Assembly (NCBI GenBank): GCA_033795365.1
Contig: JARYGU010000005.1
Location: 278,191 to 342,190 of the forward strand
DNA: 64,000 nt
Direction: 5' to 3'
Origin: Shinella sp.
GTDB taxonomy: Bacteria; Pseudomonadota; Alphaproteobacteria; Rhizobiales; Rhizobiaceae
The notes under the pieces are model-generated. The model was not told the origin of the DNA. It saw nothing but the letters and a program-made list of their open reading frames with translations, and did not search any database. Numbering within the stretch: the stretch's first letter is position 1; every line of letters starts with the position of its first letter. Of this stretch, positions 49,513-59,655 are shown in pieces. The translations under genes and the position numbers were made by a program.

Positions 49513-50811
49513 TCAGCCTGCAGTCTTGGCGAAGCGGGCGAGAAGCTCGTTGCCTTCGGTCTCGATCGTCTTCAGCGCATCTTCGACCGAGGTCTCGCCG
49601 GCAAAGATCCGGCCGTATTCGCGCTCCATGATCTCGCGGATCTGCGGGTAGAAGCCGAGACGATAGCCCTTCGACCATTCGCCCGACGGCAGCATGAGCT
49701 GCTTGATGCCGACCTCCGCGATCGGCGTCTTCTCATAGTAACCTTCTGATTTGGCAAGTTCGTAGGCAGCCGTGGTGATCGCGACATAGCCGGTCGCCTG
49801 GTGATAGAACTTCTGGATCTCCGGCGAGGTCAGGAACTGGAAGAAGTCGGCCGTGCACTTGTTTTCCGCATCCGGCTTGCCGGACATGGCAAAGAGCGCC
49901 GCGCCGCCGATGAAGGTGTTGGTGCCGGCGCCCTGCACGCTGTTCCAATAGGGAAGGAAAGCTGCCGAGAAAGGCTTCTGCGCCGTCTTCTGCAAACCGC
50001 CGAAGGAACCCGACGAACCGATCCAGAGAGCAGCCTTGCCGTCTTCGAAAAGCTTCTGGTTGTCGTTCCAACCGGCACCGAAATAGCCGAAATAGCCTTC
50101 GTCGGCCCAGGACTTCAGCTTCGTGAACATCATGACCAGATTGGTATCGGTCATGTTGATCTTGGTGTCGGTGACGCTGTCATAGCCGTTGTTGTTGGTC
50201 GCGAACTGAATGTTGTGGCGCGAGAAGAAGTTCTCGGTGAACTGCCAGGTGAGCTGCGACTGGACGAGCGGCAGATAGCCGGCCTCCTTCAGTTTCGGCG
50301 CGATCGCCTCGAATTCTTCCCAGGTCTTCGGAGGCTCGGCACCGATCTTCTCGAAAGCTTCGGTGTTCACATACATGATCGGTGCGGAAGAGTTGAACGG
50401 CATACCGACGAACTTGCCGTCCGGAGCTGCGTAGAAATAGCGCACGCCCTCGATGAAGGCTTCGCGGTCGAATTTGTAACCGGCATTGTTGATAAGGTCT
50501 TCGGCCGGAATGACCGCGCCCGGAGCATTGATGATCGTCGCGGCGCCGGCATCGAAGACCTGCAGGATGTTGGGCTGCTCTCCGGAACGGAAAGCTGCGA
50601 TGCCCGAGGCGAGCGCCTCCTCGTAGGTTCCCTTCGAAACCGGCGTGAGAGCGCAAGCGGACTGCGAAGCGTTGAACTTCTGAGCGACTTCGTTGATGAC
50701 CTCACCGTTGCGGCCGGCCATGCCATGCCACCAGGTGATGTTGGTCGCTGCGAAGGAGGTCGTCGCCGTGATGGCAACGGCGAGGCCTGCAAAGGAAATC
50801 GTCTTGATCAT
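49513..50811 (-). CDS. ugpB: sn-Glycerol-3-phosphate-binding periplasmic protein
   Basis: A signal peptide, then WWHGM...GIAAFRSGEQPNILQV...FNSSAPIMYVN...GYYEKTP...LLARFAK. These blocks are shared with E. coli UgpB. Confidence 0.88.
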   Translation of the reverse strand: MIKTISFAGLAVAITATTSFAATNITWWHGMAGRNGEVINEVAQKFNASQSACALTPVSKGTYEEALASGIAAFRSGEQPNILQVFDAGAATIINAPGAVIPAEDLINNAGYKFDREAFIEGVRYFYAAPDGKFVGMPFNSSAPIMYVNTEAFEKIGAEPPKTWEEFEAIAPKLKEAGYLPLVQSQLTWQFTENFFSRHNIQFATNNNGYDSVTDTKINMTDTNLVMMFTKLKSWADEGYFGYFGAGWNDNQKLFEDGKAALWIGSSGSFGGLQKTAQKPFSAAFLPYWNSVQGAGTNTFIGGAALFAMSGKPDAENKCTADFFQFLTSPEIQKFYHQATGYVAITTAAYELAKSEGYYEKTPIAEVGIKQLMLPSGEWSKGYRLGFYPQIREIMEREYGRIFAGETSVEDALKTIETEGNELLARFAKTAG

Positions 50812-50864
50812 GGAAAATCCCTCTTCGCCATTGATTGGCGTGAGGGGTGCACTAACGATGCTCG

Positions 50865-50904
50865 GTGACGCTGTCGTAACGGTTTTATGGCAGTTCCGTT
50901 ACAG
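50865..50904 (-). promoter_or_regulatory. Tandem Pho boxes upstream of ugpB
   Basis: The minus strand reads CTGTAAC-GGAA-CTGCCAT-AAAA-CCGTTAC-GACA-GCGTCAC. These are four 7-mers related to CTGTCAT at an 11-bp period, 54-93 nt upstream of the ugpB ATG. Confidence 0.55.
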
Positions 50905-50927
50905 TCCACACGGGACATCAAACACGC

Positions 50928-51302
50928 TCAAAAAGCGTCTTCGAGATGCCTCGGCAGCCGCAAGGGCATCACGGCGACGATATCGTAGCGCATCGACAAG
51001 AGATGCGCATCGGGCTGGCGCGCAAGCCAAAGATCGCTTGCCGCACGAATGCGGCGCTGGGCCGTCCCCGACACGGCGAAAACCGCATCCCCGATGCTGC
51101 GGCGGGCCTTCACTTCCACGAAGACAACGAGTTCGCGCTTCCTTGCCACGATATCGATCTCGCCCAGTTTCGTCCGGTATCGGATAGCGAGAATACGATA
51201 TCCCTTTGCGATCAGATAAAGAGCGGCGACATACTCGGCCACATACCCTCTGCGGAGTGCCTTCAATCTTCCCGCTCCCGCCGGATCACCGCGCATCGCC
51301 AT
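50928..51302 (-). CDS. yraN: YraN-family (UPF0102) endonuclease-like protein
   Basis: GYVAEYVAALYLIAKGYRILAIRYRTKLGEIDIVARKRELVVFVEVKAR...RYDIVAV. Confidence 0.88.
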   Translation of the reverse strand: MAMRGDPAGAGRLKALRRGYVAEYVAALYLIAKGYRILAIRYRTKLGEIDIVARKRELVVFVEVKARRSIGDAVFAVSGTAQRRIRAASDLWLARQPDAHLLSMRYDIVAVMPLRLPRHLEDAF

Positions 51303-52293
51303 CCTTCATGTCGAGAAGCCGCTGGTAGAGTTCCTTGCGCGGAAGGCCCGTCCGGCGTGCTGCTTCCGTCGCGGCCTTTCCCGCCGGCATATTGCGGATA
51401 AGGGCCGTCAGAAGCGCTTCCACATCGGTTTCGTCGGGCAGCGCTTCGGCATCAGGCGGACCTACAACCAAGACGATCTCGCCTTTCACCGATCCGGACT
51501 GTTCATAGAACATGGCGAGTTCGGCGAGAGTGCCGCGCCGGAACTCTTCGAAGGTTTTCGTCAGTTCCCGGCAGACGCATGCGGCGCGTGCGCCCCCGAG
51601 GACATCCGCCGCCGCGGTAATCGTCGATGCGATCCGATGCGGGGATTCGAAGAACATCAGGGTCGCGGGAATTGCCGCAAGCTCAGCAAGCCGGTCGCGG
51701 CGCGCCTTGTCCTTGACAGGCAGGAAACCCGCGAAGAGGAAGGCGTCGTTAGGAAGGCCCGAACCGACGAGTGCCGCCAGCGGCGCTGAGGCGCCAGGTA
51801 TGGGCACGACGCGATGACCGGCTTCTATCGCCAGTTGCCCAAGCCGGTATCCGGGATCCGATACCAGCGGCGTCCCCGCATCGGAAACGAGCGCCACGGA
51901 TTTTCCGGCGTCGAGGGCTGCGATCAGCCTCGGACCGGCTTCGTTGGCATTGTGTTCATGATAGGCGTAGGGCCGGTTGACGATGCCGTAACGGTCGAGC
52001 AGAACGCGGGTGACGCGCGTGTCCTCGCAGGCAAGCACATCGGCGCCGGCAAGCGTTTCGAGAGCACGCAGAGTGATATCCGCAAGATTGCCGATCGGCG
52101 TCGCCACCAGATAAAGAGCGGGCTCGAGCGGCCTGGCCGCAATCACGGTATCGTTCAGCCGAAAGCTGCGGGAGGGCGTACGCTCGCTTGACTTTGCTGT
52201 TTCCTGCCTGGACAACCGGTAACCTGTTCCTTCCACGCCCGCGAGCCGGGCGCTTCCCTTTCTCCTTATGGGCGAGGCGATTGCGAACGGCAA
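51286..52293 (-). CDS. rsmI: 16S rRNA (cytidine1402-2'-O)-methyltransferase RsmI; start uncertain
   Basis: LYLVATPIGNLADITLRALETLAGADVLACEDTRVT...FESPHR. The longest ORF begins at TTG 52293, and an alternative TTG at 52215 gives MSRQETAK.... It overlaps yraN by 17 nt. Confidence 0.88.
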   Translation of the reverse strand: MPFAIASPIRRKGSARLAGVEGTGYRLSRQETAKSSERTPSRSFRLNDTVIAARPLEPALYLVATPIGNLADITLRALETLAGADVLACEDTRVTRVLLDRYGIVNRPYAYHEHNANEAGPRLIAALDAGKSVALVSDAGTPLVSDPGYRLGQLAIEAGHRVVPIPGASAPLAALVGSGLPNDAFLFAGFLPVKDKARRDRLAELAAIPATLMFFESPHRIASTITAAADVLGGARAACVCRELTKTFEEFRRGTLAELAMFYEQSGSVKGEIVLVVGPPDAEALPDETDVEALLTALIRNMPAGKAATEAARRTGLPRKELYQRLLDMKDGDAR

Positions 52294-52466
52294 GGGCGAC
52301 GCTTGGCGAAATTGCGAGACTTTCCGGGGGAGCCGGTTTCATACCTCTTGCTTTTGATCGAAAGTTTCTGCCATTTTGCCTGTCCCATCTTTCCGGCATT
52401 CCGGAACCTGAAGCATATGCCGCGCCGGCTGATTCCGGCGCGCAGTGGTCGAAAGCGGTAAAGTCC

Positions 52467-53585
52467 ATGCGCATTACTCTCGAGCGGTCCAATCTCCTGA
52501 AGTCGCTGAACCATGTCCATCGTGTGGTCGAGCGGCGCAACACGATCCCGATCCTCTCGAACGTGCTGCTGCGCTCGGACGGCGCGAGCCTGGAAATGAA
52601 GGCGACCGACCTCGATCTCGAAATCACCGAGGCCACGCCGGCTCAGGTTGAGCAGGCGGGTGCGACAACGGTGCCTGCCCACCTGCTCTACGACATCGTG
52701 CGCAAGCTGCCGGACGGTTCGGAGGTGCTGCTTGCGACCAATCCCGACGGCGCATCGATGACGGTCGCTTCCGGCCGCTCCAAGTTCTCGCTGCAATGCC
52801 TGCCGCAGTCGGATTTTCCCGATCTGACCGCCGGGAGCTTCACACATACCTTCCGCTTGAAGGCGACCGACCTCAAAATGCTGATCGACCGGACGCAATT
52901 TGCGATCTCGACGGAGGAAACGCGCTATTATCTGAACGGCATCTTCGTTCACACGATCGAGGACAAGGGACAGCTCAAGCTGCGCGCGGTCGCGACGGAT
53001 GGGCACCGGCTGGCGCGGGCCGATGTCGAGGCGCCTGCCGGCTCCGAGGGCATGCCCGGCATCATCATCCCGCGCAAGACCGTCGGCGAACTGCAGAAGC
53101 TCGTCGACACGCCGGACGTCGTCGTTACCGTTGAGGTATCCGACGCCAAGATCCGCTTCACCATCGGCTCGATCGTCATGACCTCGAAGCTGATCGACGG
53201 CACCTTCCCGGATTACCAGCGCGTTATCCCGGCAAACAACGACAAGGAACTGAAGATCGACTGCCAGTCCTTCGCTCAGGCGGTCGACCGCGTCTCCACC
53301 ATTTCCTCCGAACGCGGACGGGCCGTAAAGCTCTCGCTCACGGACGGTCAGCTGACGCTGACGGTGAACAATCCGGATTCGGGTAGCGCCACCGAGGAGC
53401 TTCCCGTCGGATATGAGAGCGATCCGCTTGAGATCGGCTTCAACGCGAAGTATCTGCTCGACATAACGGCGCAACTCAGCGGTTCCGATGCGGTCTTCAT
53501 GCTGGCCGATCCGGGTTCGCCGACGCTCGTTCGCGACCTTGCCGGCGACGACGCGCTATATGTGCTGATGCCGATGCGCGTCTGA
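52467..53585 (+). CDS. dnaN: DNA polymerase III subunit beta (sliding clamp)
   Basis: MRITLERSNLLKSLNHVHRVVERRNTIPILSNVLL...ATDGHRLA...KLIDGTFPDYQRVIP...YVLMPMRV. Confidence 0.96.
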   Translation: MRITLERSNLLKSLNHVHRVVERRNTIPILSNVLLRSDGASLEMKATDLDLEITEATPAQVEQAGATTVPAHLLYDIVRKLPDGSEVLLATNPDGASMTVASGRSKFSLQCLPQSDFPDLTAGSFTHTFRLKATDLKMLIDRTQFAISTEETRYYLNGIFVHTIEDKGQLKLRAVATDGHRLARADVEAPAGSEGMPGIIIPRKTVGELQKLVDTPDVVVTVEVSDAKIRFTIGSIVMTSKLIDGTFPDYQRVIPANNDKELKIDCQSFAQAVDRVSTISSERGRAVKLSLTDGQLTLTVNNPDSGSATEELPVGYESDPLEIGFNAKYLLDITAQLSGSDAVFMLADPGSPTLVRDLAGDDALYVLMPMRV

Positions 53586-53687
53586 TCTGCCTCCTGCCGC
53601 CAACCGGGAACGAAGCCGCAAACCGTTCGTTTCGCTCCTTGACGAAGGAGCGGCCGGCGATCGCTGGCCCGCTCGGCGGGGAGTGGC

Positions 53688-54581
53688 ATGGTAAAGGCTG
53701 GCAAGGTACGTATCGGCATCTCCGGATGGACCTACAAGCCGTGGCGGGGCGTCTTCTATCCCAAGAGCCTGCCTCAGAAGCGGGAACTTTCCTACGCCGC
53801 CGGGCGCTTTCGCTCTATCGAGATAAACGGCACCTTCTACGGCTTGCAGCGCCCGGAAAGCTTCGCGCGATGGCGGGAAGAGACTCCGGAAAACTTCGTC
53901 TTTGCCATAAAAGGCTCGCGCTACATCACCCATATGCGGCGGCTGAGGGATATCGAGGCCCCGCTTGCCAATTTCCTCGCCTCCGGCGTGCTGCGGCTCG
54001 GTCCGAAACTCGGCCCGATCCTGTGGCAGTTTCCACCCCGCATGAAATTCGATCCGGAGCGGTTCGAAGCCTTTTTCTCTCTGCTTCCACACGACCCGAA
54101 GGACGCGGAGAAAATCGCGAAGCGGCATGACGATCGCATGAAAGGCCGCACCTGGCTTGAAACCGACGGCAGGCAGGACCTCCGACACGCCGTGGAAATT
54201 CGCAACGAAAGCTTTCGCTCGCCGCAGTTCATCGAGCTTCTTCGTCGATACAATATCGCGCTCGTCTGCGCCGATACCGTCGAATGGCCGCTGCTGATGG
54301 ATCTCACCGCGGATTTCGTCTATTGCCGTCTGCACGGTTCGCAGAAGCTCTATGTCAGCGGCTACGATGAAAAGGCGCTGGACCGATGGGCGGAGCGAGC
54401 CGAAGCCTGGGCTTATGGCCGTGAGCCGGAAGATGCGGAACGGGTCATGCCACCGACCCCGCCGCTCAACCACGGACGCGATGTCTTCGTTTACTTCGAT
54501 AACACGGACATCAAGCTGCGCGCGCCTTTCGACGCGCAATCGCTTGCGAGCCGTCTGGAAGGTCTCGTGCCACCGGAGTGA
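53688..54581 (+). CDS. DUF72 (YecE-like) family protein
   Basis: VRIGISGWTYKPWRGVFYP...FRSIEINGTFYG...FVFAIKGSRYITH...LGPILWQFPP. Confidence 0.88.
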   Translation: MVKAGKVRIGISGWTYKPWRGVFYPKSLPQKRELSYAAGRFRSIEINGTFYGLQRPESFARWREETPENFVFAIKGSRYITHMRRLRDIEAPLANFLASGVLRLGPKLGPILWQFPPRMKFDPERFEAFFSLLPHDPKDAEKIAKRHDDRMKGRTWLETDGRQDLRHAVEIRNESFRSPQFIELLRRYNIALVCADTVEWPLLMDLTADFVYCRLHGSQKLYVSGYDEKALDRWAERAEAWAYGREPEDAERVMPPTPPLNHGRDVFVYFDNTDIKLRAPFDAQSLASRLEGLVPPE

Positions 54582-54687
54582 ACCCAATTCAACGAGCGCT
54601 GGCAGCCAACGACGCAGAATGACTTGTTTTTGCCGTGAATAGGCCCAATTAATGGTTCGACGGCTTTGGCCAGGAACGGGGACGGCG

Positions 54688-55290
54688 ATGAATTTGCGTG
54701 TGAAGGTAAAACAGAGTTTCGGGAAGAAGTTCGACGAGGAGATCCGGTTCTTCAAGGGCTGGATGAGCAATACCAAGGCGGTCGGAGCCCTGCTGCCCAC
54801 CTCTTCTGTGACCGCGCGTAGAATGGCGAGCGTGGTCAATCCGCGATCCGGTCTGCCCGTTCTGGAGCTTGGCCCCGGTACCGGCGTCATCACCAAGGCC
54901 ATTCTCGACGCTGGGATATCACCCGAAAAGCTCGTTTCAATCGAGTTTTCCACCGATTTCTACAATCATCTTCTTACGCGGTTCCCAGGGGTCAATTTCA
55001 TCAACGGCGATGCATTCGATCTCTCGAATACGCTCGGCCCGATGAAGGACCAGCAGTTCGATTGCGTTGTGTCCGCCGTACCGCTCCTGAATTTTCCGAT
55101 GCACAGGCGCGTGGCGCTGATCGAGGATCTCCTGAGCAGGATTCCCCGCGGACGGCCGGTGGTGCAGATTTCCTATGGCCCGGTCTCGCCGGTGACGGCT
55201 ATGCCGGACAGATATCAGATCAGCCACCTGGACTTCGTGGTGCGCAACATCCCGCCGGCGCAACTGTGGATTTATCGGAAAACACACTAG
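54688..55290 (+). CDS. pmtA: Phospholipid N-methyltransferase (S. meliloti PmtA-type class I SAM methyltransferase)
   Basis: 200 aa: MNLRVKVKQSFGKKFDEEIRFFKGWMSNTKAVGALLPTSSVTARRMAS...VLELGPGTGVIT. It matches rhizobial PmtA as I recall it in length and N-terminal block. The ATG at 54688 is used. Confidence 0.7.
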   Translation: MNLRVKVKQSFGKKFDEEIRFFKGWMSNTKAVGALLPTSSVTARRMASVVNPRSGLPVLELGPGTGVITKAILDAGISPEKLVSIEFSTDFYNHLLTRFPGVNFINGDAFDLSNTLGPMKDQQFDCVVSAVPLLNFPMHRRVALIEDLLSRIPRGRPVVQISYGPVSPVTAMPDRYQISHLDFVVRNIPPAQLWIYRKTH

Positions 55291-55410
55291 GTCCGGCCAC
55301 GCGCTTTTTGCCTAACACCTGCATCTGCGAGGATCCGGATTTTTAATCTTGCGGATCGTGCGGCTGCGTGCGACTGGACGGCAACGGAATCCTTTTGAAG
55401 GTTTGTGATC

Positions 55411-56109
55411 ATGTCCGCACGCGACCGCCTTATCGTCGGCCTGGACGTTCCGACCGTCGCCGAGGCCGAGGCGAAGGTCCATGCGCTCGGAGACTCCGTC
55501 CTTTTCTACAAGATAGGATACCAGCTCGCCTTCGCGGGAGGACTGGAATTTGCCCGCGACCTCGCCGCGGACGGCAAGAAGATCTTTCTCGACATGAAAC
55601 TGCTCGATATCGACAACACCGTCGCAAAAGGTGTCGAGAACATCGTGACGATGGGAATGTCCATGCTGACGCTGCATGCCTATCCGAAGGCGATGGCTGC
55701 TGCGGTCGAGGCAGCCAACGGATCCGATCTCTGCCTGCTCGGGGTCACGGTGCTGACCTCCATGGATGAAAAGGATGTCATCGACGCCGGCTATGAATAT
55801 GATCCGCATACGCTGGTGTTACGCCGGGCGGAGCAGGCGCTTGCGGCCGGCATGGGCGGTATCGTCTGCTCGGCAGAGGAGGCCGGCGCAGCCAGAAAGA
55901 TCATAGGTCCCCATATGGCACTCGTCACGCCGGGCATCCGCCCGACGGGATCGGAATACGGCGACCAGAAGCGGGTAATGACGCCCGCTGCGGCCCTTGC
56001 CGCCGGAGCGAGCCACCTCGTCGTGGCGCGACCGATCGTGCAGGCGGCGGACCCGCTGCAGGCGGCGCGCGCGATCCTTTCGGAAATGGACGGCGCGCTC
56101 AACGGTTAA
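55411..56109 (+). CDS. pyrF: Orotidine 5'-phosphate decarboxylase
   Basis: LIVGLDVPT...FYKIGYQL...[14 protein letters not shown]...LTLHA...TPGIR. The ATG at 55411 has GAAGG upstream; GTG 55405 is also possible. Confidence 0.94.
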   Translation: MSARDRLIVGLDVPTVAEAEAKVHALGDSVLFYKIGYQLAFAGGLEFARDLAADGKKIFLDMKLLDIDNTVAKGVENIVTMGMSMLTLHAYPKAMAAAVEAANGSDLCLLGVTVLTSMDEKDVIDAGYEYDPHTLVLRRAEQALAAGMGGIVCSAEEAGAARKIIGPHMALVTPGIRPTGSEYGDQKRVMTPAAALAAGASHLVVARPIVQAADPLQAARAILSEMDGALNG

Positions 56110-56120
56110 GGGAGAGAGAC

Positions 56121-56408
56121 ATGGCAAAAGGTTACTGGATCGCGCGGGTCGATGTCCGGGACGCGGAACGCTACAAGGATTACGTCGCGGCGGCCAAGCC
56201 GGCCTTCGAGAAATACGGCGCGAAGTTCCTTGCGCGCGGAGGTGCATTCCATAAGCTGGAAGGCCAAGTGCGCGCCCGCAACGTCGTGATCGAATTTCCG
56301 TCGCTGCAGGCCGCGGTCGATTGCTACAATTCGCCGGAATACCAGATCGCCGCGGCGATCCGCCAGGAAGTGGCGGATGCGGAGATGGTGGTCGTCGAGG
56401 GCGTCTGA
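56121..56408 (+). CDS. DUF1330 family protein
   Basis: MAKGYWIARVDVRDAERYKDYVAAAKPAFEKYGAKFLARGG...VVIEFPSLQAAVDCYNSPEYQ. Confidence 0.85.
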   Translation: MAKGYWIARVDVRDAERYKDYVAAAKPAFEKYGAKFLARGGAFHKLEGQVRARNVVIEFPSLQAAVDCYNSPEYQIAAAIRQEVADAEMVVVEGV

Positions 56409-56525
56409 GGCACCCTTCACGGCTGCGGCATCAAGGTCACCCCGAAGCTACGCAAAAGCCTTCACCCGCCGGACGGTTTGGGATATGTAGCTGACACTCG
56501 TCTTCGACCATCAGGAGCTGCATCC

Positions 56526-57506
56526 ATGACCTTGTCCAATCTTCCGCCGCTCGTCACCATTTTCGGCGGCTCGGGATTTGTCGGCCGGCATGTGGTGCGC
56601 GCGCTTGCAAAGCGCGGCTATCGCATCCGGGTTGCCGTTCGCCGTCCCGATCTCGCCGGGTTCCTGCAGCCGCTCGGCAATGTCGGCCAGATCTCTTTCG
56701 TACAGGCGAATCTTCGCTATCGCAATTCCGTGGACCGTGCCGTCGATGGCGCCGACCATGTGATCAATTGCGTCGGCATTCTCTTCGAGAAGGGACGCAA
56801 CAATTTCGACGCGGTGCAGGACTTCGGTGCCCGTGCGGTTGCCGAGGCGGCACGCGCGGCGGGCGCCCCGCTGACCCATGTTTCGGCAATCGGCGCGGAT
56901 GCGAACTCGGCATCCGCCTATGCGCGCACCAAGGGACGCGCGGAAAACGCAATCCGCGAAATCATGCCGGAGGCCGTCATTCTGCGACCATCGATCCTGT
57001 TCGGTCCGAACGACGGCTTCTTCAACAAGTTCGCGGAAATGGCCCGATTTGCGCCGGCGCTACCGCTGATCGGCGGCGGCCATACCAAGCTCCAGCCGCT
57101 CTATGTCGCAGACGCCGCCGAGGCGATCGCCCGGTCGGTGGACGGCAAGGTGGAGAAGGGCAGGACCTATGAGCTCGGCGGCCCGGAAGTGCTCACCTTC
57201 CGCCAGTGTCTCGAGACGATGCTGCGCATCATCGACCGCAAACGTCCGCTCGTGTCGTTGCCCTTCGGCGTCGCATCTATGATCGGCTCGGTCGCGTCCA
57301 TGGTCCCGTTCGTGGATCCTCCGCTTACGGCGGACCAGGTAACGCTGCTCAAGAACGACAACATCGTTTCCGAAGAAGCCAGCAAAGAAGGCCGCACCAT
57401 CGAGGGGATAGGCATTGCTCCGGCACTCGTCGAGGCCATCCTACCTTCCTATCTCGTGCGCTACCGCCCGCAGGGACAGTTTACGAAACACGGCACCGCT
57501 GCCTGA
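56526..57506 (+). CDS. NAD(P)H-binding NDUFA9-like/NmrA-like SDR protein
   Basis: VTIFGGSGFVGRHVVRALAKRGYRIRV (Rossmann fold) ...SAYARTKGRAE...LRPSILFGP. AGGAG lies 10 nt upstream of the ATG at 56526. Confidence 0.85.
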   Translation: MTLSNLPPLVTIFGGSGFVGRHVVRALAKRGYRIRVAVRRPDLAGFLQPLGNVGQISFVQANLRYRNSVDRAVDGADHVINCVGILFEKGRNNFDAVQDFGARAVAEAARAAGAPLTHVSAIGADANSASAYARTKGRAENAIREIMPEAVILRPSILFGPNDGFFNKFAEMARFAPALPLIGGGHTKLQPLYVADAAEAIARSVDGKVEKGRTYELGGPEVLTFRQCLETMLRIIDRKRPLVSLPFGVASMIGSVASMVPFVDPPLTADQVTLLKNDNIVSEEASKEGRTIEGIGIAPALVEAILPSYLVRYRPQGQFTKHGTAA

Positions 57507-57534
57507 GCCGATCCCCACATTCTTGCCTGAGACC

Positions 57535-57572
57535 GACGGCCACCGGAAGCAAAACGGTGGCCGTCTTCGTTT
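57535..57572 (+). terminator. Rho-independent terminator after the NDUFA9-like gene
   Basis: GACGGCCACCG (57535-57545) pairs perfectly with CGGTGGCCGTC (57555-57565), followed by TTCGTTT. Confidence 0.72.
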
Positions 57573-57789
57573 GGAGGTCGGCGCCCAAGAATGCACCGGT
57601 GCCCCGGAAAGCGCTAACGGAACAGAACGTTGCAGTTCTGCCGCAGTTGAAAAACAAAGCCGGATTTACCCCGGATTCAGCATAAGCGGATATTGATGTT
57701 TGCCAGGGCGGCGAATAAACACCGCCCGCGCCGTGGGATGGAGTCCGGCAGTCGGCTCCGGCGTCATTTTTCTGAGAGGCTTTCTGGAA

Positions 57790-57942
57790 ATGGGCAAGGC
57801 AATTGCAATCTTCTTCGGTTGCGCAGCGCTGGTGATCCTCGCCGGCTCTTTCGCCGCACCGACGACCGTGGTCGCGGGCAAGCACGGCTGCACGCCGGCC
57901 TATGGCGTCGATCCCTGCACCACCGCTTCCGTGACCCGATAA
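57790..57942 (+). CDS. Possible small exported Cys-containing peptide (50 codons)
   Basis: MGKAIAIFFGCAALVILAGSFAAPTTVVAGKHGCTPAYGVDPCTTASVTR has an N-terminal hydrophobic signal or anchor and strong GC3 bias. It is followed by the hairpin GGCCGGGC-AGC-GCCCGGCC (57960-57978). The Shine-Dalgarno sequence is weak. Confidence 0.35.
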   Translation: MGKAIAIFFGCAALVILAGSFAAPTTVVAGKHGCTPAYGVDPCTTASVTR

Positions 57943-57985
57943 AGCCTTTGCCCTGGGGCGGCCGGGCAGCGCCCGGCCCTATTCC

Positions 57986-58792
57986 TCATCCGAACAGCCA
58001 GAGGCCGAGCAGGCCCAGAACGCCGACGATGATTCTCCAGATCGCGAAAGGGGCGAAGCCTCGCCGCGAGACGAAGTCCAGCAGAGAACGGACGACGAAA
58101 AGTCCCGAAACGAAAGCTGCGACAAAACCGACGGAGATCAAAGCCGCGTCGTTGAAACTGAGAGCATCGCGGTTCTTGTAGAGATCCAGCGTGAAAGCGC
58201 CGAGCATCGTCGGCATCGCCAGAAAAAAAGAGAACTCCGCCGCTGAGCGTTTATCCGTTCCCATCAGCAGCGCTCCGGCAATCGTCGCGCCGGAGCGGGA
58301 CGTTCCCGGAACCATGGCAAGGCACTGGAACAGGCCGATCTTGAAGGCCAGCGACGGCGGATATTGCATGATGTCGGTATAGCGCGGCGTCAAAGGCAGC
58401 CGATCGATAATGTAAAGAACGATGCCTCCGACGATAAGAACGACGCAGATCAGCATCGGCGTTTCGAAGAGTACCGTCTTGATGAAATCATGCGCCAATG
58501 CGCCGATGACGGCGGCGGGCAGGAATGCAAGAATGACGGACAGAACGAACCGGCGCGTCTGAGCGCTCGTAGGAAGGGACAGCGCTATCTGGATGAGCTT
58601 GGTTGCGTAGACCGCGAGGATCGCGAGAATAGCGCCGAGCTGGATCAGAACGGCAAATGTGTTGCCCGGAGAGCGGAAGCCGAGAAAATGCCCGGCCAGG
58701 AGAACATGAGCGGTTGAGGAAACAGGGATGAATTCGGTGAGGCCCTCGATGATCCCGAGGACGAGTGCACTTACGATGGACTGGTCAGCCAT
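57986..58792 (-). CDS. uppP: Undecaprenyl-diphosphate phosphatase
   Basis: [19 protein letters not shown]...[12 protein letters not shown]...[11 protein letters not shown] (BacA motifs). Confidence 0.95.
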   Translation of the reverse strand: MADQSIVSALVLGIIEGLTEFIPVSSTAHVLLAGHFLGFRSPGNTFAVLIQLGAILAILAVYATKLIQIALSLPTSAQTRRFVLSVILAFLPAAVIGALAHDFIKTVLFETPMLICVVLIVGGIVLYIIDRLPLTPRYTDIMQYPPSLAFKIGLFQCLAMVPGTSRSGATIAGALLMGTDKRSAAEFSFFLAMPTMLGAFTLDLYKNRDALSFNDAALISVGFVAAFVSGLFVVRSLLDFVSRRGFAPFAIWRIIVGVLGLLGLWLFG

Positions 58793-58962
58793 GAAGTTTC
58801 CTTGAAGAGATGATGGATGATGCGAATCTTCAACGAACCTGATTCGCTTGTGTTTGCCCCGGCAAGTTCCTATAGCTTTTTGAAGCGAGTCATGACCAGA
58901 CCCAACCGCAACGAAGCCGGTCTCTCATCTCGCCAATCACCCGAACCGAAGCAAAGCCATAG

Positions 58963-59655
58963 ATGCCGACACTCTATCATCACCCCATGTCCTCCGCCTC
59001 GCGTTTCGTGCGGCTCATCCTGGCCGAATATGGCTATCAGACTGATTTTGCCGAGGAACAGCCGTGGGAGAACCGTCGGGATTTCCTGACGCTGAATCCG
59101 GCGGGTACCCTGCCCGTCTATGTCGATGACAGCATGCGGGCGCTTTGCGGCGCAACGGTGATCTCCGAATATGTCGACGAAACGCATGGCGTGCTGAAAC
59201 GTGACCGGCGGCTTCTGGCGGAAGATCCGTTCCAGCGGGCGGAAATCCGCCGCCTGGTCGAATGGTTCCTGCAGAAGCTGGAACAGGACGTAACGCGGCC
59301 GCTCACCCGGGAACGGATCTTCAAGCTGCAGATGACGGCGGAGCAAGGGGGCGGGCCGCCGGACAGCAAGGTGCTGCGCAACGCGCGCGCCAATATTCGT
59401 CAACATATGAAGTATCTTTCCTGGCTTGCCGGCTCGCGGACCTATCTGGCAGGCGACAGGCTCAGCTATGCTGATCTTTCCGCCGCGGCGGCGATTTCCG
59501 TCCTGGACTATCTCGGCGAAATCAACTGGACGGAGGCGCCACAGGCGAAGGAATGGTACCAGCGGCTGAAGTCCCGCCCGTCCTTCCGGCCGTTACTTGC
59601 CGAAAGGGTACGCGGAGTAACCCCGGTTTCCCACTATGCAGACCTGGATTTCTGA
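58963..59655 (+). CDS. Glutathione S-transferase family protein
   Basis: Thioredoxin-like N-domain ([13 protein letters not shown]...ISEYVDE) plus an alpha-helical C-domain ([16 protein letters not shown]). Confidence 0.85.
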   Translation: MPTLYHHPMSSASRFVRLILAEYGYQTDFAEEQPWENRRDFLTLNPAGTLPVYVDDSMRALCGATVISEYVDETHGVLKRDRRLLAEDPFQRAEIRRLVEWFLQKLEQDVTRPLTRERIFKLQMTAEQGGGPPDSKVLRNARANIRQHMKYLSWLAGSRTYLAGDRLSYADLSAAAAISVLDYLGEINWTEAPQAKEWYQRLKSRPSFRPLLAERVRGVTPVSHYADLDF

